This document shows, piece after piece, positions 40,510-53,228 of a DNA stretch of 64,000 nt. A program made the position numbers and the translations under genes. The DNA is taken from positions 12,214,001 through 12,278,000 of the forward strand of contig JAQFVV010000007.1 in assembly GCA_028023455.1 (NCBI GenBank). Reading direction: 5' to 3'. A model generated the notes under the pieces. It saw only the letters and a program-made list of their open reading frames with translations, did no database searches and was not told where the DNA came from. This DNA comes from Epiperipatus broadwayi. Taxonomy: Eukaryota > Animalia > Onychophora. The stretch's first letter is position 1. Each line of letters begins with the position of its first letter.

Positions 40510-42935
40510 AACATCATCACCATCATCATTGTTGACCATTAGCAATCCACTGAATGATGAATGTCTCCAAGTTGAATCCATCTTCTCCAATCTTGAGACT
40601 CTTTTTCTTCACATGATTCTTGCACATTTCCTTATTTTATCCATCAATGTCATATGTGGTCAGTTTTGGGGTCTTTTACAATCTCTTAAATCCAGTTTAA
40701 GATTTCAATTGTCCATCTACTATCATCTCTTCCAGCAATATGTCCAGTTTGACTCCACTTCAGTCTTTTAATTTTTTTCAATGATGACAGTAACATTGTT
40801 CATTCTTTTACCCATGTATTTAGTTTTTGATCTCTTCTTGTTACTCCTAACATGCATGTGCTCATACTTACTCCAGGATGGTCTGAAGCTCTGTACTATT
40901 TGTTTGTTGAGTACCCAAGTCTCAAATCCATAAGTTACAATTGGTAAAACACATTTATTAAAAAAACTTCAGTTTCAAATACAGAAGCATATTTCTTTTA
41001 ATATTAAGTTATTTTTACTAAAAGCACTCCAACCAACTTTAATTCTAGGATTAATTTTATCCATTATGTTTCCATCTGCGATAATAATCTGACCAAGGTA
41101 TTTGTAATTAACTTCTTCTAATTCATCATAATCAATCTTTATTTTCATCTTTTGAGAAAATCCATTGAACATTACTTTAGTATTTTAAATATTTACCTTT
41201 AATCCTACTTTCTTACTTTCATCTGATAATTTTTGCAACATTTCCAGACAATCTGAAACATTCTTTGCAAAAACAGCTACATCATCTGTAAAATCTGAGT
41301 GATTTAAATAATCTCTATTTACTTTTACTCCTTTAGCTTCCTATTTTAATCCACAAATTTTTTTTTGTAGCATTACTGTAAAAAGATTTGGAGATATGGA
41401 GTCACCTTGTCATACACCCTTCTCAATGTTAACCTTTCTAGTATTATTATGTAATCTAATTGTTCCTGTTGCATGTTTATAAATATTTGTTAGAATGTGA
41501 CAATAACCTGAGTCTATACCTTGATAATCCAATGCTTTAATCACTGAAGAAATTCTTATAGAATTAAATGCCTTTTTATAATCTATAAATCCAAAGCATA
41601 ATGACACCTCATATTAATTGGTCCTTTCTACAACTTCTCTCATTCCTGGTATTTGATCTATTGTACTAAAACCATTTTTAAATCAGGCTTGTTCTTTTGG
41701 TTGGTTCAGATCTAAAGTTTTCCATTAATGAATTGTAATTATCTTGGTAAAAATTTTGTACAAAATTGTTAAAAGACTCATAGATTCATAATTTTTAATA
41801 TCTTCTTTATTACCTTTTTTAAATATTATTATTAATACTGCATTCTTCAAATTATCTGACACATTTTTATCATTTAGACAATTGCCATATAACTTTTCCA
41901 AAAAATATATATTTTTTCAACTGCTTTTCTAAAGATATCAATTATAATTCCCTCATTACCTGGAGCTTTTCCAGTTCTTCATAAATTTAATTGCATGTTT
42001 CACATCTTTATTGAAAATTCAAGACAATTCAGAAGAAATAATAGTTGGTGGAGGTTTTTGTTCTTTATAACTATACAATTCTTGATAGAACATTTCTCCA
42101 CATTTCATGATGTCATCTCTTTTTTTAATAATAATCCCATCTTTTTTTATTGCAGTTATAAGTTTCCTACCAAGACCAAAATGTTGTTTTACACTCTTAA
42201 GTACTTTATTCTCATCTATAGCTTTTCTTACTAGTTTATAATTATACTTTCTTATATCATTATCAAATTGTCTAGTCTCAGTAAAAATTTTATTGTTCAA
42301 TTGCTGCTTTTTTTTTTTTTGACAGATGTGTTTCTTGCAGTTTTTAAAAGTGTATCAGTTAGATCCCTATTGAGTTCATTCAAATTTGAATCATGTTCAA
42401 AATCTGCTAATATTTGAAAATGGTCTGCAAGTTCTAATTAGAATTCATTAGAATCATTCTGAAGATTAGGAATATCAATTCTGAATATTATTTTTCTTAA
42501 TAATTTTTGTCTCTCTAGTATGATATTAACATGTATCTTACATCTCACTAATCGATGATTACTTTATGTGATAAATTTATTAAAGATATTACAATCTTGA
42601 AATATGTATTTTATGTCAGTGAATATAAAATTCAATTGTATTGTATCTTTATTTGGATGTTTCCATGTCCATTTGCATTTAAAAATTTTCTCAAAAAACA
42701 ATATATAATACAAAGTTTTATTTTTTATTTTTTGCAAACTTTACAAGTCTATATTCTTTTTCATTTCTATTACCATAACTAAATTTACCTACAACACTTT
42801 CGTCTTTCAAATGTTTACCAATTCTAGCATTAAAGTCTCCCATAATAATTTTAAATTTTTTGTTAGTCTGATCAATATATACTATTTATTGGAAGATAAC
42901 ATCATATTACTTTTGTAATTCAATTTTTACAGACA
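40510..42935 (-). mobile_element. Degraded RTE-like LINE
   Basis: IIMGDFNARIG (endonuclease, about 42845), FIDYKKAFNSI and EKGV.QGDSISP (RT, about 41390-41600), VNYKYLGQ. (GAT)n-like tail at about 40512-40530. Many stops. Confidence 0.88.
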
Positions 42936-44368
42936 GTGCATAAACACTTATCTGAAGATCCCAGTTCAAACTGGGACCTTCACCTTGGCTACAGATTGTT
43001 TTCAATGGTAAACAATCGATACGTCAAAAGCAATTGTAAATAAACATATTCAATTAGTACACCATTTTTTTGGTAACAGTTTATATTTCTGAAGTAAAGC
43101 TTTTTATAGATTAATATAGTTGTAGAAAATGGACTCATAAAAATGTTCATAACTTACAGTGTGGCCATCTCAATTTTGGTACTTGAATTTTTTATGATTT
43201 CTGAAATGTCTATGAATGTTCAATGTCAGTTTCTGCCTAACTTACACCATTGTTTATTTCTTTAGCATATTAATATTTTAGACAATTTATCTATTAGAAA
43301 TATCATTAAGGAAGCTGTTGATATGTCAATGATCAGAAAGATTTATTATTGGATTATTTTTTTTCCATTCTATCTCTATATCTATACGTTGGTCCATCTA
43401 TGATTATGTTGTTCATTGTTTCTATAGCTCACGAGCTGTAAAATTCATTTTTAAAGCAGATGAGAAAAGTGACCATGAGTGTTTTCATTATATTCATGAG
43501 GTTCCAATAATATACAGGAAGAGTTAAATCTAGCTCATTTTACTTTTGGATCTGGAAAAATAACTTTATTCAGATCCTTATAATTTTATATTTTGTGTTA
43601 TTAAAAATTCTTACCTATTTAACAGCTTTTTATATATTTTCTATAAAATCATTTGCCTATGGGAATCTAGTGGAGGAATATGTGACTGAAAAAGAAGGTA
43701 TTGTAGAGAAATAGACCTGACAATATCAGTAATATTTTTATGCCAATATTTAATTGAGTATCTATGATTTTATTATGGTCAGTTTTTCTTGAAACAGATG
43801 CAAGAGATTCACCAGTCAATTATGATAATGCTAAGAATGTTATCCATAAAGAATTTGCTTCACAATCCCAAATCCTCACATTATTGTTTCATCAGCCTAC
43901 TAGTTTTCTATCAACACACCCAAAACACCTATTTACCATAGATGCTAATTGATAGTTTTTTAATAAATCACTATTTAGATATTAGTCTGGTATTCAGAAT
44001 AGGTCATCACTAAATATGAATTTATGCATTTTTAATGGAATAAGAAAAAGATTCCAGCCCATAAAAAACATGTCCTTTTCATATGTTTATTATGAGTCTT
44101 TAATAGTTGGACCAGATTCCTCTTATTAGGTCTAAACGAAATTAACATCATAGATGAAATTTCGGCATTTGGTATCTGGAAAATCACTAATGGATGTATT
44201 AAATAAATCCCTGTAATTAACATTTATTTGGATCTTTTTATTGTGAAGGACTTTGTCTGTGCATTAGCAGTTTTTCTCCTATTAAGAATTTTAGGGAATA
44301 CTGCTTTTCATACAGAACCATAAACATAGGTAATGTTAATAAAGATAACATCAGATTTTAATTTATCA

Positions 44369-44422
44369 TCAAAGTCCATTACAGTGTTGCTTTGATCTAT
44401 GTCTCTTTGATTTATGTTCAAC
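44369..44422 (-). CDS. Candidate terminal exon of gene D (VEHKSKRHRSKQHCNGL*)
   Basis: ctctctctcacatagcag acceptor, phase 0, ends TGA TGA TAA. Confidence 0.3.
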   Translation of the reverse strand, partial: VEHKSKRHRSKQHCNGL

Positions 44423-44722
44423 CTGCTATGTGAGAGAGAGACTCTCAAAAATTTGAGAAATTATTCAAATCGCTTGTAGAAAACATGTAAAAATGATATT
44501 GGATAATGATATGTTGCATCATTGAAACATATACTTGTTTTAATACTACTATAGTTTTGCTTTTATACCAATTAATGTATTTCATAAGATTTTGAATACT
44601 TTCAGTATTATTATAATGAAAACTTTTAAATATTTGTTGCTTGGCAATTTTATATATACAGTGAATCTAAGCAAATATGAAGCATTGTTATAAATTTTAT
44701 ATATATGTGTGTGTGTGTCAAA

Positions 44723-44793
44723 TGCTTTGACCGGTAAGTGAACCCAGCCAGCTGCTTGGAAAGCAGCTATGCTAACCACTAGGCCACCAATGC
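44723..44793 (-). pseudogene. tRNA-Gly(TCC) pseudogene or tRNA-derived SINE head
   Basis: GCATTGGTGGCCTAGTGGTTAGCATAGCTGCTTTCCAAGCAGCTGGCTGGGTTCACTTACCGGTCAAAGCA closely resembles metazoan Gly-TCC. The anticodon arm is perfect, the T-arm/B-box is damaged, and a (CA)n/(TA)n tail follows. Confidence 0.8.
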
Positions 44794-47409
44794 TTGACTA
44801 TTTTTAAAATAAATTGACTTGCAAATTACTATTTTGCAATTAGTTAAAGAAATATTTTTTTGTACTTTTTTAGATCTTTATTTGTGAATGGTAAAATAAA
44901 CATATTTTTTGGACAAATTGGAAATAAATAATGTAATAAGTTTATAAATTTATTAAAATACACATTATAATGAAACCAGTGAAAAAGTGACTATTTTCCC
45001 TCCATATTAGTGGGCCATCTACAAATTAATATGAGTCACATAACAATAGAGAATAGCTTATTCACCATAAAAAAATTAATATGCTAACACATCTGACTCA
45101 TAAATTATAACATGAAATATGACTATATCTTATATCTTCCTGGATTGCTTTCAATCATGCAATCTTGTAAACTACTTGAAAATGGTTTTGCAACTCATGA
45201 TGTCACTACATAAATAGTTTGAATCATTTCACAGTTTTCAGTAGCAGTTTTAATTAATTTGCAATAAAGTTTAATATCAGTGTGTTAAAAAATCATGGGT
45301 TAAAGCATGAAACACTTATATTTTGTATCATAACACATGATTCATATATGGCAGTGCCTAAAATTTATGTGGTATATAGTAACTTACATCCATGCATAAT
45401 ACATGATCAGAAATAGCACTACTGTTAGTTTGGAGAGAGAACCAATTTTTACTAGGACACAATATATATTTCTTTAAAATATATAATTGTTTATATTTGT
45501 AAAAATGTTATAATTTATGTAACTTTCATCATATCAAATTTTATAAAGAGTTCACTCATCAGGCTTTGACCATTCTAAAAAATTGATTGAGTTTTATTTG
45601 ATTCTCTCTAATAATGCATTAAATATTATGTAATTATATTAAAGTATACAAAGACATTCAATTTCAGACCTTTACTTTAAATCCTTTTATAAATATCTTC
45701 ACCTTTCAAAATTTCAAATAGTTAGCAGTCTTAAGAAATCATAAAAAGATTAATATATTCTATTTGTAGTTTAGAGAAAAACTATTAATAAAAAAAAAAC
45801 ACATCAAAGTAAAAAAAAAATTAAAAAATATTCTTTTTTAACATACTGATTAATATCTGAATGATATTATAAAGTATTACAATATATGGTTGTGCTTTAA
45901 TTTAAATCACTCTCTTCCAGCTATATTTAATGCTATTTTTCAACTTTCACATTCATTTGAAGATAAAAATTGGAAATATTGATTTATTAGTTAATATCTG
46001 ATAATGACTACTGTGATATTTAATACAGATAAGCTGATAACAGTTTAAAATGGCACTGATTGGTATATTCTTTGATTTTGTATATATAAACAAATTTGAA
46101 AACTCCTCTTTGATTGTTGTTAGCAATGAGAAAAAGAAATGTACAAAGTCCATAGTATTTAAAAAATTGTGATTATTTTTATAAAATGATTGTATAGTAA
46201 TTATTAAAAAAAAGGAAATATGTTTATGTTTGCAATACATATAATTTTTAGAAATTCAAATTAAGAAATTTTTAATGACAATAATAAGAAAATTCTGATC
46301 ATTATGCTTCCTTAAAATCATAGTTTTTATGATATTTTAATAATTATAAATCTAATTTTAAGTTTTACAGCCTAATATTATAGTTTTATGATGTCATAAT
46401 AATTCACCAATGATTAAAAAATAGAATTCACTCATCAAATATTTTATTAATGTATTTCTTTCATCAGCATTGTGATAATCATCCAATAAGATAAAGTAAT
46501 TGTTCCTATTATGTACTTCAATTCATAATTTTTTTTCTACATTTGCAAAGATCAAATATGATTTTTTGGGAATGCTTTCTTTTGTTTGTAGACTTATACC
46601 TCTAGCAAATCAAGCCCAATTTATTGACTTATAATTTTGAATAAAGATTTTAATTCTAAAATTAAAATGTTAAATAACTCAAATTGTGACTAAAGAATGA
46701 TACAAATATCATAAAATATTAGAAGTGTTAATCATTATATTATAATGGAAATAATCCATGTAATTTGCTCAATGCACAATTCAACTAATGGTTAAACTTC
46801 TCAGTTAATAAAACATGCATTTTTTATTCATTTGGAGGGAGTATGTATATGATGTGTGGGACCTGTTATCACTACAATGATCCTGCTTCCATATTGGAAA
46901 TACAAAATGAGAATATTAATTGGGAATGACACATAATCAGTGCCTAATCAGAAAGACTTCCAGCTGCCTTATTAGATAGGATGTTCATTCATCAAAGACT
47001 AAATTCTATTTCTATTTTGTATCCCTTTTATTCTTTTTCATTTACTTAGTTAGTGTAGGGCCCAGTTATCATGAGCTGCCTGCCATTAGTAATAATCCTG
47101 TAGCAATTCTGACAATGGAATTGTGTGTTTGTGCAACCCCACTTTTCCCTTTAACTACATGTGCAGCATTTCTGACCCCATTTTCCTTTTTCATTATTTT
47201 AGCTCAAACCTTTAAAAATTTAGAAAACAATGACAAAGACGGACTCAGTAGACAAGAAGTTATTAGTTGTGTTTTTTACTATAAATAAAATTATTAGTGA
47301 TTCACAAATTGGTTTGTGTAGTCAACAAATAACTCAATTTAGGACAGTTTTTATTTTCATTATTTTTTTTCATTTTTTCATTTGGTGTTGAAATGACAAA
47401 ACTTATACC

Positions 47410-48495
47410 CATACTCATTTATGAATCATTTCAAATGATCATACTCACTTATGAGCAACTAGAAACAGACTATATTCATTTAAGAGTCTTTTTGATTTGG
47501 TCATACTCATTTACAAATAACTTCAAATGCTCATACTCTTTTATCAGTCAATAGAAATGATCATACTTTTTTAGGAGTCACTTGGAATGACCATACTGAT
47601 TTATGAGTCACTTCAAGTGACCATATTTATATTTGAATCACTTGAAATGGCTAACCATATAAGTCACTTGGAATTATCATGATCATACTCCTTTATGAGT
47701 CACTTGGAATGACCATACTGATTTATAATGGCCACATTGATTTATGAGTCATTTCAAATGACCACATTTATTTATGAATCAATTAAAATGGGCATACTTT
47801 TTCTAAGTCATTAAAAATGACCATAATTTCTTATGAGTCACTTGAAATGACCATACTCATTTATAAATCACTTAAAATGACCATACTTATTTATGGGTCA
47901 TTTGGAATGGCCATACTCATTTATGAATCTCTTCAAATGGCCATACTCATTTAGAAATTCCTTCAGATGGCATACTTCTTTATGAATCACTTGGAATGGC
48001 CATTCTCATTTATGAGTCACTTGGAATATCCATATTTATTTATGGGTCATTTGAAGTGACAGTACTCATTTTTGAATCACTTCAAATGGCCATACTCATT
48101 TATGACATATTACCGATGGCATACTCATTTATGAATCACTTGGAATGGACATATTCCTTCATGAGTCAATTGGAATGGCTATATTTATTTATGCAAATGA
48201 ACATACTTATTTATGAGCTTCTTCAAATGGTATACTCCTTTATGAGTAACTTGAAATGACCATATTCATTTATGAGTAATTTGGAATGGCAATATTTATT
48301 TATGGGTCATTTGGAATGATCATATTTATTTTGGAATCATTTCCAATGACTATACTTATTTATGAAATACTTCGAATGGCCATACTCATTTGTCAGCCAT
48401 GTGGAATGAATATATTTATTTATGATTCATTTGGAGTGAGCATATTCATTTATGCATCATTTCAAATGACCATATTCATTTATGAGTCAATGACT
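47410..48495. repeat. 30-bp minisatellite, roughly 35 degenerate units
   Basis: Consensus close to atttatgagtcacttggaatgaccatactc. Confidence 0.93.
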
Positions 48496-48951
48496 GCTGC
48501 TCTTATATTTATTCACTAACAAAAGAATTTGTTACATTGCATCACTCTACAGGCAATTTTGTATAACCCCCAATTTACTGTATACTTGCTTTAAAAAGCT
48601 TTGGGTGATGCATTTCAACACAACTTATCAATGAGCTGCTTATGTTTATGTTTATCATATTTTCTTATTTATAACAATATTAATGTTACTGAGTTCTGTT
48701 TTTTTTTTAGTGGGCCTGGAAGCCATTACTTTATTGTAAACTGGTTTGAATTTTTAAATATATGTATTTGCTAAAAAAAATGATTTTCATATACTTTTAG
48801 CTATCTCATTATTCGAAGTATAGACTCTTATTCTTCTGCTTTACTTTCTTTGCATTTTTTCATATATTCATATATATATATTGCTTATAATAACTTCTTT
48901 CATATACACTTTAATACAACATTTTTTATAAAACTTCTTTATTTTGCTGAC

Positions 48952-49001
48952 AGTTTTGTCTGTCCAGCAGTCTTCATCAGAGCTTTCTGAACTTTCCTTT
49001 G
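48952..49001 (-). CDS. Candidate exon 2 of minus-strand gene D (AKESSESSDEDCWTDKT)
   Basis: gtttttttttaaag acceptor, in phase with the upstream exon across a 111-nt intron. The donor gtcagc is weak and the frame could instead run on to VSKIKEVL*. Confidence 0.5.
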
Positions 49002-49112
49002 CTTTAAAAAAAAACAGGTTCATTGCAAATATTAAGATAACTCATACAAGTCCAAACTATAATGTTCATCTTTTTCTTACTCTTGCTCTAATTGTTAATT
49101 ATTTATGGCTAC

Positions 49113-49206
49113 CTCTCTTTTTAAGATCATAGTCAATTTGGTTTTTTTTCCTGCTTTTTTCTTTAACCTTATGTGGTCTCTCATATGCAACAGCAGTTAT
49201 TTCCAT
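49113..49206 (-). CDS. Candidate first coding exon of gene D (MEITAVAYERPHKVKEKSRKKNQIDYDLKKR), basic and low-complexity
   Basis: ATG at 49206 with an in-frame stop upstream, AGAG|gtagcc donor, CpG-rich region upstream. Confidence 0.5.
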
Positions 49207-49659
49207 TCTATTTTACTGCCATCTGCTGTGAGTTTGATTAACAATAGACATAGATGGTATGAATAACAAATAGAGATTAATTTTTGAAAATTTAAATAAA
49301 GAGAAAAAATAGACCTATACTTAAATGCAAAAATTTTTTTACTGCAGACTGTAATTAAGTAATCCATCAGATGATGTCATGCTTTAAAATCCTTATCTCT
49401 AGATGTATCAACTTCTGGCTTTTGATTTTAGGCATTTTTTTTTACAATGTATAAACAGATGAATAACTTTTCTATATACTTACTCATTTGTGTTTATTAA
49501 AACTGATTTCTACTTTTATTTGCATATATAGTTTCATATATAAAAAAAAATAATGAAAATGTCTTTAATGTTGTCTGCTCGTGTTATTTATTGTTTTTAT
49601 GAATACAATTTACAAATCAATAAAATATATTGTTATTTCAGTATATATATATTTGAAAA

Positions 49660-50350
49660 CGTAAAGCACAGACTTATTTTGCTAGATCAGGTGTTCAGAT
49701 GTATGGTGCCAGTACCATTTACTCCTGTTAGACCTTTGTCTGATTAGACGCAAGATAAACCACACAAAGTTAAAAAAAGTAGGACATTCCTTCGATGACT
49801 AAACGAAGATGATAAGCTACCGCTGTGTAGTAGCTGTTAAACAAGTTAATTCTTAACTATGTCTCAGGTCAAAAATCAAACATAGAAAAGAGGAAATATT
49901 TATTACCTATCTTTGTTAAGATTCATAAAAATGTGTTATTTATTTTTTAACAAATAAATTGTAAAAACGATTGTTTGATGCTTTTCTTAAAATGATAAAA
50001 GAAATACATTAATAATAACTATTAAAATGTAGATTTTTGTGATTTCTCATAATTATCTTTATATTGTAACTTTTGCCCTATTATTAATCGTTTTTATTTC
50101 GAGTGTTCCATTGAAATTATTATTTAATAATCGCTATGCGTTATCCTATATATAAAATTACATTTTCTCTCAAGCTAAATATGTAAGAATAGGACTAAAT
50201 GCAGATAAAGATAAAATTTCGATACACATTTCCCAGAAATCCCGTTGATCATATCTAAAATTTAAGCGCTATAGTTTATTTGACATATAAGTTAAAACAT
50301 AGTGTCAAAATTTCTTTTTCACTATCATTTTGCTTGTGAGTGGTATTTGC
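49660..50350. promoter_or_regulatory. CpG-retaining region, candidate promoter / 5' UTR of gene D
   Basis: Many CpGs. Minus-strand donor ATAG|gtaata near 49905. Confidence 0.4.
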
Positions 50351-50404
50351 TTATACAGTAATTGTAAACTTACATTTATGTAATATATATATATTATTAA
50401 AGTG

Positions 50405-51555
50405 GAAGTCAATCTCCAATAATATGTTATTTCTTAAATATTATAAATCTCCGCGCTAGTAAGAGTTTAAAAAACTTAATTGAATCATTTAAGTTTAGAG
50501 CGTATTTGTATTTACACCAACTCTCACTGACCATGCTTAAATCATGGCATGAGTCTATTGCGTGCCAGTGTGGATAGCTGAAGGGTGCTTGAAAGTCTGA
50601 GTTCAAATCCCCAATATTTATGTAAATTATGAATATTGTTTTGAGTATCATGAAAGCATGATGTTGGTTTAAAGATAGCAATATATACAAATATCATATA
50701 TAAACAAAAAAAACACTATTTACCAAAAAATATAGTAAAAATGTTTATATTATATGTGAAAAAAATTGCATTTTTCCCCCAAGAATGTTAAATTTTATTA
50801 GAGTATCTCTCAACTCCAACATATTGCTACTCTCTGCCAATGCAGGAATACAAATCACCTTTTCTCACTACATATGCTTTTTTCAATCAACTGAGAGTTA
50901 TCAAGGACAATACTGCCACCTAGTGCAAGCCATAGTAATCAATAGATACTAGAGGATTAGTGCATCCAAATCATGTAACTATATATTTTATCTCTATTCT
51001 ATATGATGTTGAAAATTTAATATCTTATAAGGTAGGGAATGGTTTTATTCATTATATATATTACTATTATTATAAAGCACTGAAAAATTTGAAATTATTA
51101 AAGTGTAAGTCAACCTCTGATAATGTGCTATTTCTTAAATATTATAAATCTCCATGCACTCGCCCCACCAGTAAGATTTTAAAAAACTTAAGTTAATCAC
51201 AAGTTTAGAGCATATTTGTATTTACACCTACTCTCACTGACCACACTTAAATCAGGGCTTGAATATATTGAGTGATTGATGTTATAATCAAATATTGAAT
51301 TGTACAAATTTAGTTAATCTATCACAGGAGAAAGACATCAGGCACACAATAGACTCATGCCCTGATTTAAGCATGGTCAGTGAGACTTGGTGTATATACA
51401 AATATGCTCTAAACTTAAGTGATTCACTTAAGTTTTTTAAACTCTTACTGGTGGGGCGAATGCATGGAGATTTATAATATTTAAGAAATAGCGTATTATC
51501 GGAGGTTGACTTACACTTTAATAATTTCAAAATTTTCAGTGCTTTATAATAATAG

Positions 51556-51588
<33 letters not shown>

Positions 51589-52159
51589 GGATAAAACCAT
51601 TCCCTACCTTATCAGATATTAAATTTTCAATATCATATAGAATAAAGATAAAAGATATAGTTACATGATTTGGATGCACTAATCCTCTAGTATCTATTGA
51701 TTACTATGGCTTGCATTAAGTGGCAATATTGTCCTTGATAACTTTAGGTTGATTGAAAAAAAGCATATGTAGTGAGAAAAGGTGTTTTGTATTCCTGCAT
51801 TGGCAGAGAGTAGCAATATGTTGGAGTTGAGAGATACTCTAATAAAATTCAACATTGTTGGGCAAAAAACGCAATTTTTTTCATATATAATATAAACATA
51901 TTTACTATATTTTTTGGTAAATAATGTTTTTTGTTACAACATTTCTTGGGAAAAAATGCATTTTTTTGTATATATAATATAAACATATTTACTATATTTT
52001 TTAGTAAATAATGTTTTTTTGTTTATATATGATATTTGTATATTTTGCTATCTTTAAACCAACATCATGCTTTCATGATACTCAAAATAATATTCATAAT
52101 TTACATAAATATAGGGAATTTGAACTCAGACTTTCAAGCACCCTTCAGCTATCCACACT
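50405..52159. repeat. Large imperfect palindrome (arms about 50567-51258 and 51359-52159, about 100-bp spacer) with internal direct repeats
   Basis: The arms are reverse-complementary throughout. 50410-50550 is a direct repeat of 51110-51258. The right arm has an extra about 90-bp tandem duplication near 51860-52025. Confidence 0.9.
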
Positions 52160-52440
52160 ATCTCATATCACTGATATACATGATCACACACATGTAGAAA
52201 AGATAAATAATTACTAATATACATATTTTGTTCTGAACCAGCACTCAACAATAGATCCAGATCATCATCTCCCACACACATATATAATCAGTGTCCAGTT
52301 TATATTAAGATAGATAATCTTCATACTTTAATGGACAGGTTTCAATCTATTCCAAATCTTCAGCCATCCATACTACTGAAAATCTGATGATTAAATGCCC
52401 AAATTCCATGTTGATGCCAATATTGTTTTTATGCCCATGT
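52100..52440 (-). mobile_element. Family F2 copy with decayed hammerhead at about 52213-52256
   Basis: Minus strand reads TGTTGA-GTGCTG(GTT)CAGAAC-AAAA-TATGTA-TA-TTAGT. Homologous to 32270-32600. Confidence 0.78.
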
Positions 52441-52581
52441 TGACATCAAGTCACTCAGATCCCTCATGTATAGGACTTTATCCATTTAAATACATAGAAG
52501 AGGGATGGGCAAGATGCAGGATTAATGTGTAATATTTAAAATACAGACATTCTCCAAATACTTTAAAGCATAATTGTAAAT

Positions 52582-52835
52582 AGAAACTGAGCACTGATTA
52601 CATATATATATGTGTGTATGTGTGTGGGAGATGATGATCTGAACCAACTGATGAGTGCTGGTTCAGCACAAAATACATATGTTGATGATTATTTATGTTT
52701 TCTATATTTGTGTGGTCATGTGTATCAGTGATATGAGATGGAATGGATGGTTGAAGGGCACTTGAAATTCTGTGTTCAATTCCCTTATATTTACAATTAA
52801 GCTCCAGGTATATGAAGAATGCCTGTATTTCAAAT
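52582..52835 (+). mobile_element. Family F2 copy, inverted relative to the neighbouring copy, hammerhead remnant at 52643-52686
   Basis: ACCAA-CTGATGA-GTGCTG(GTT)CAGCAC-AAAA-TACATA-TG-TTGAT. The 3' end matches 32600-32645. Confidence 0.82.
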
Positions 52836-53162
52836 ATTATAATTTACATAACCAAATTCATTTATCTTGTAGCTGGATACTTTCTTTTTATTTCACTATC
52901 AATAAATCTTTATGATTTTTAAACCCATTACAATACATGCATTGTTTTATAATAGGATTAAAATAAGACAATTATAGACTGGCTATTTGTCCATAAAATA
53001 AGCCACCAAACTGAGTTTAGATCTGTATGACAATACAAGCTAATTAACTTGTATTGAAAATATTATTGTGTTTTTTAGTTTGGGCTTATAGCTTTGTAGT
53101 TAACTATAAAGTTAAGACGTGGTTGATAAAAAGTTACATTAAATTCTAAAATCTAAATGCAG

Positions 53163-53228
53163 TTCACGCAGACCCAAGACTCCACAATCATGTAAGCAAC
53201 ATGCTAGAAACTGGTCTGGGTATTTTGA
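53163..53228 (+). CDS. Candidate 66-nt phase 1-1 exon (xHADPRLHNHVSNMLETGLGIL)
   Basis: aatgcag acceptor, TGA|gtaagt donor, open frame. Confidence 0.3.

Noticed and set aside
42953-42985. CTGAAGA-TCCCAG(TTCAAA)CTGGGA hairpin as a hammerhead or Helitron 3' end
   Set aside because: No GAAA after the stem and no CTRR terminus at the expected distance.
45980-46180. Possible Gypsy integrase remnant, and a similar RT-like remnant at about 61000-61350
   Set aside because: The resemblance is impressionistic and too decayed to support without a search.
47410-48495. CRISPR-like array
   Set aside because: Degenerate contiguous tandem units without unique spacers, eukaryotic context and no cas genes.
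48945-48985. Minus-strand CTGATGA...AAAACTGTC as a hammerhead
   Set aside because: Weak stems, non-canonical core and single copy. Better explained as the exon SSDED.
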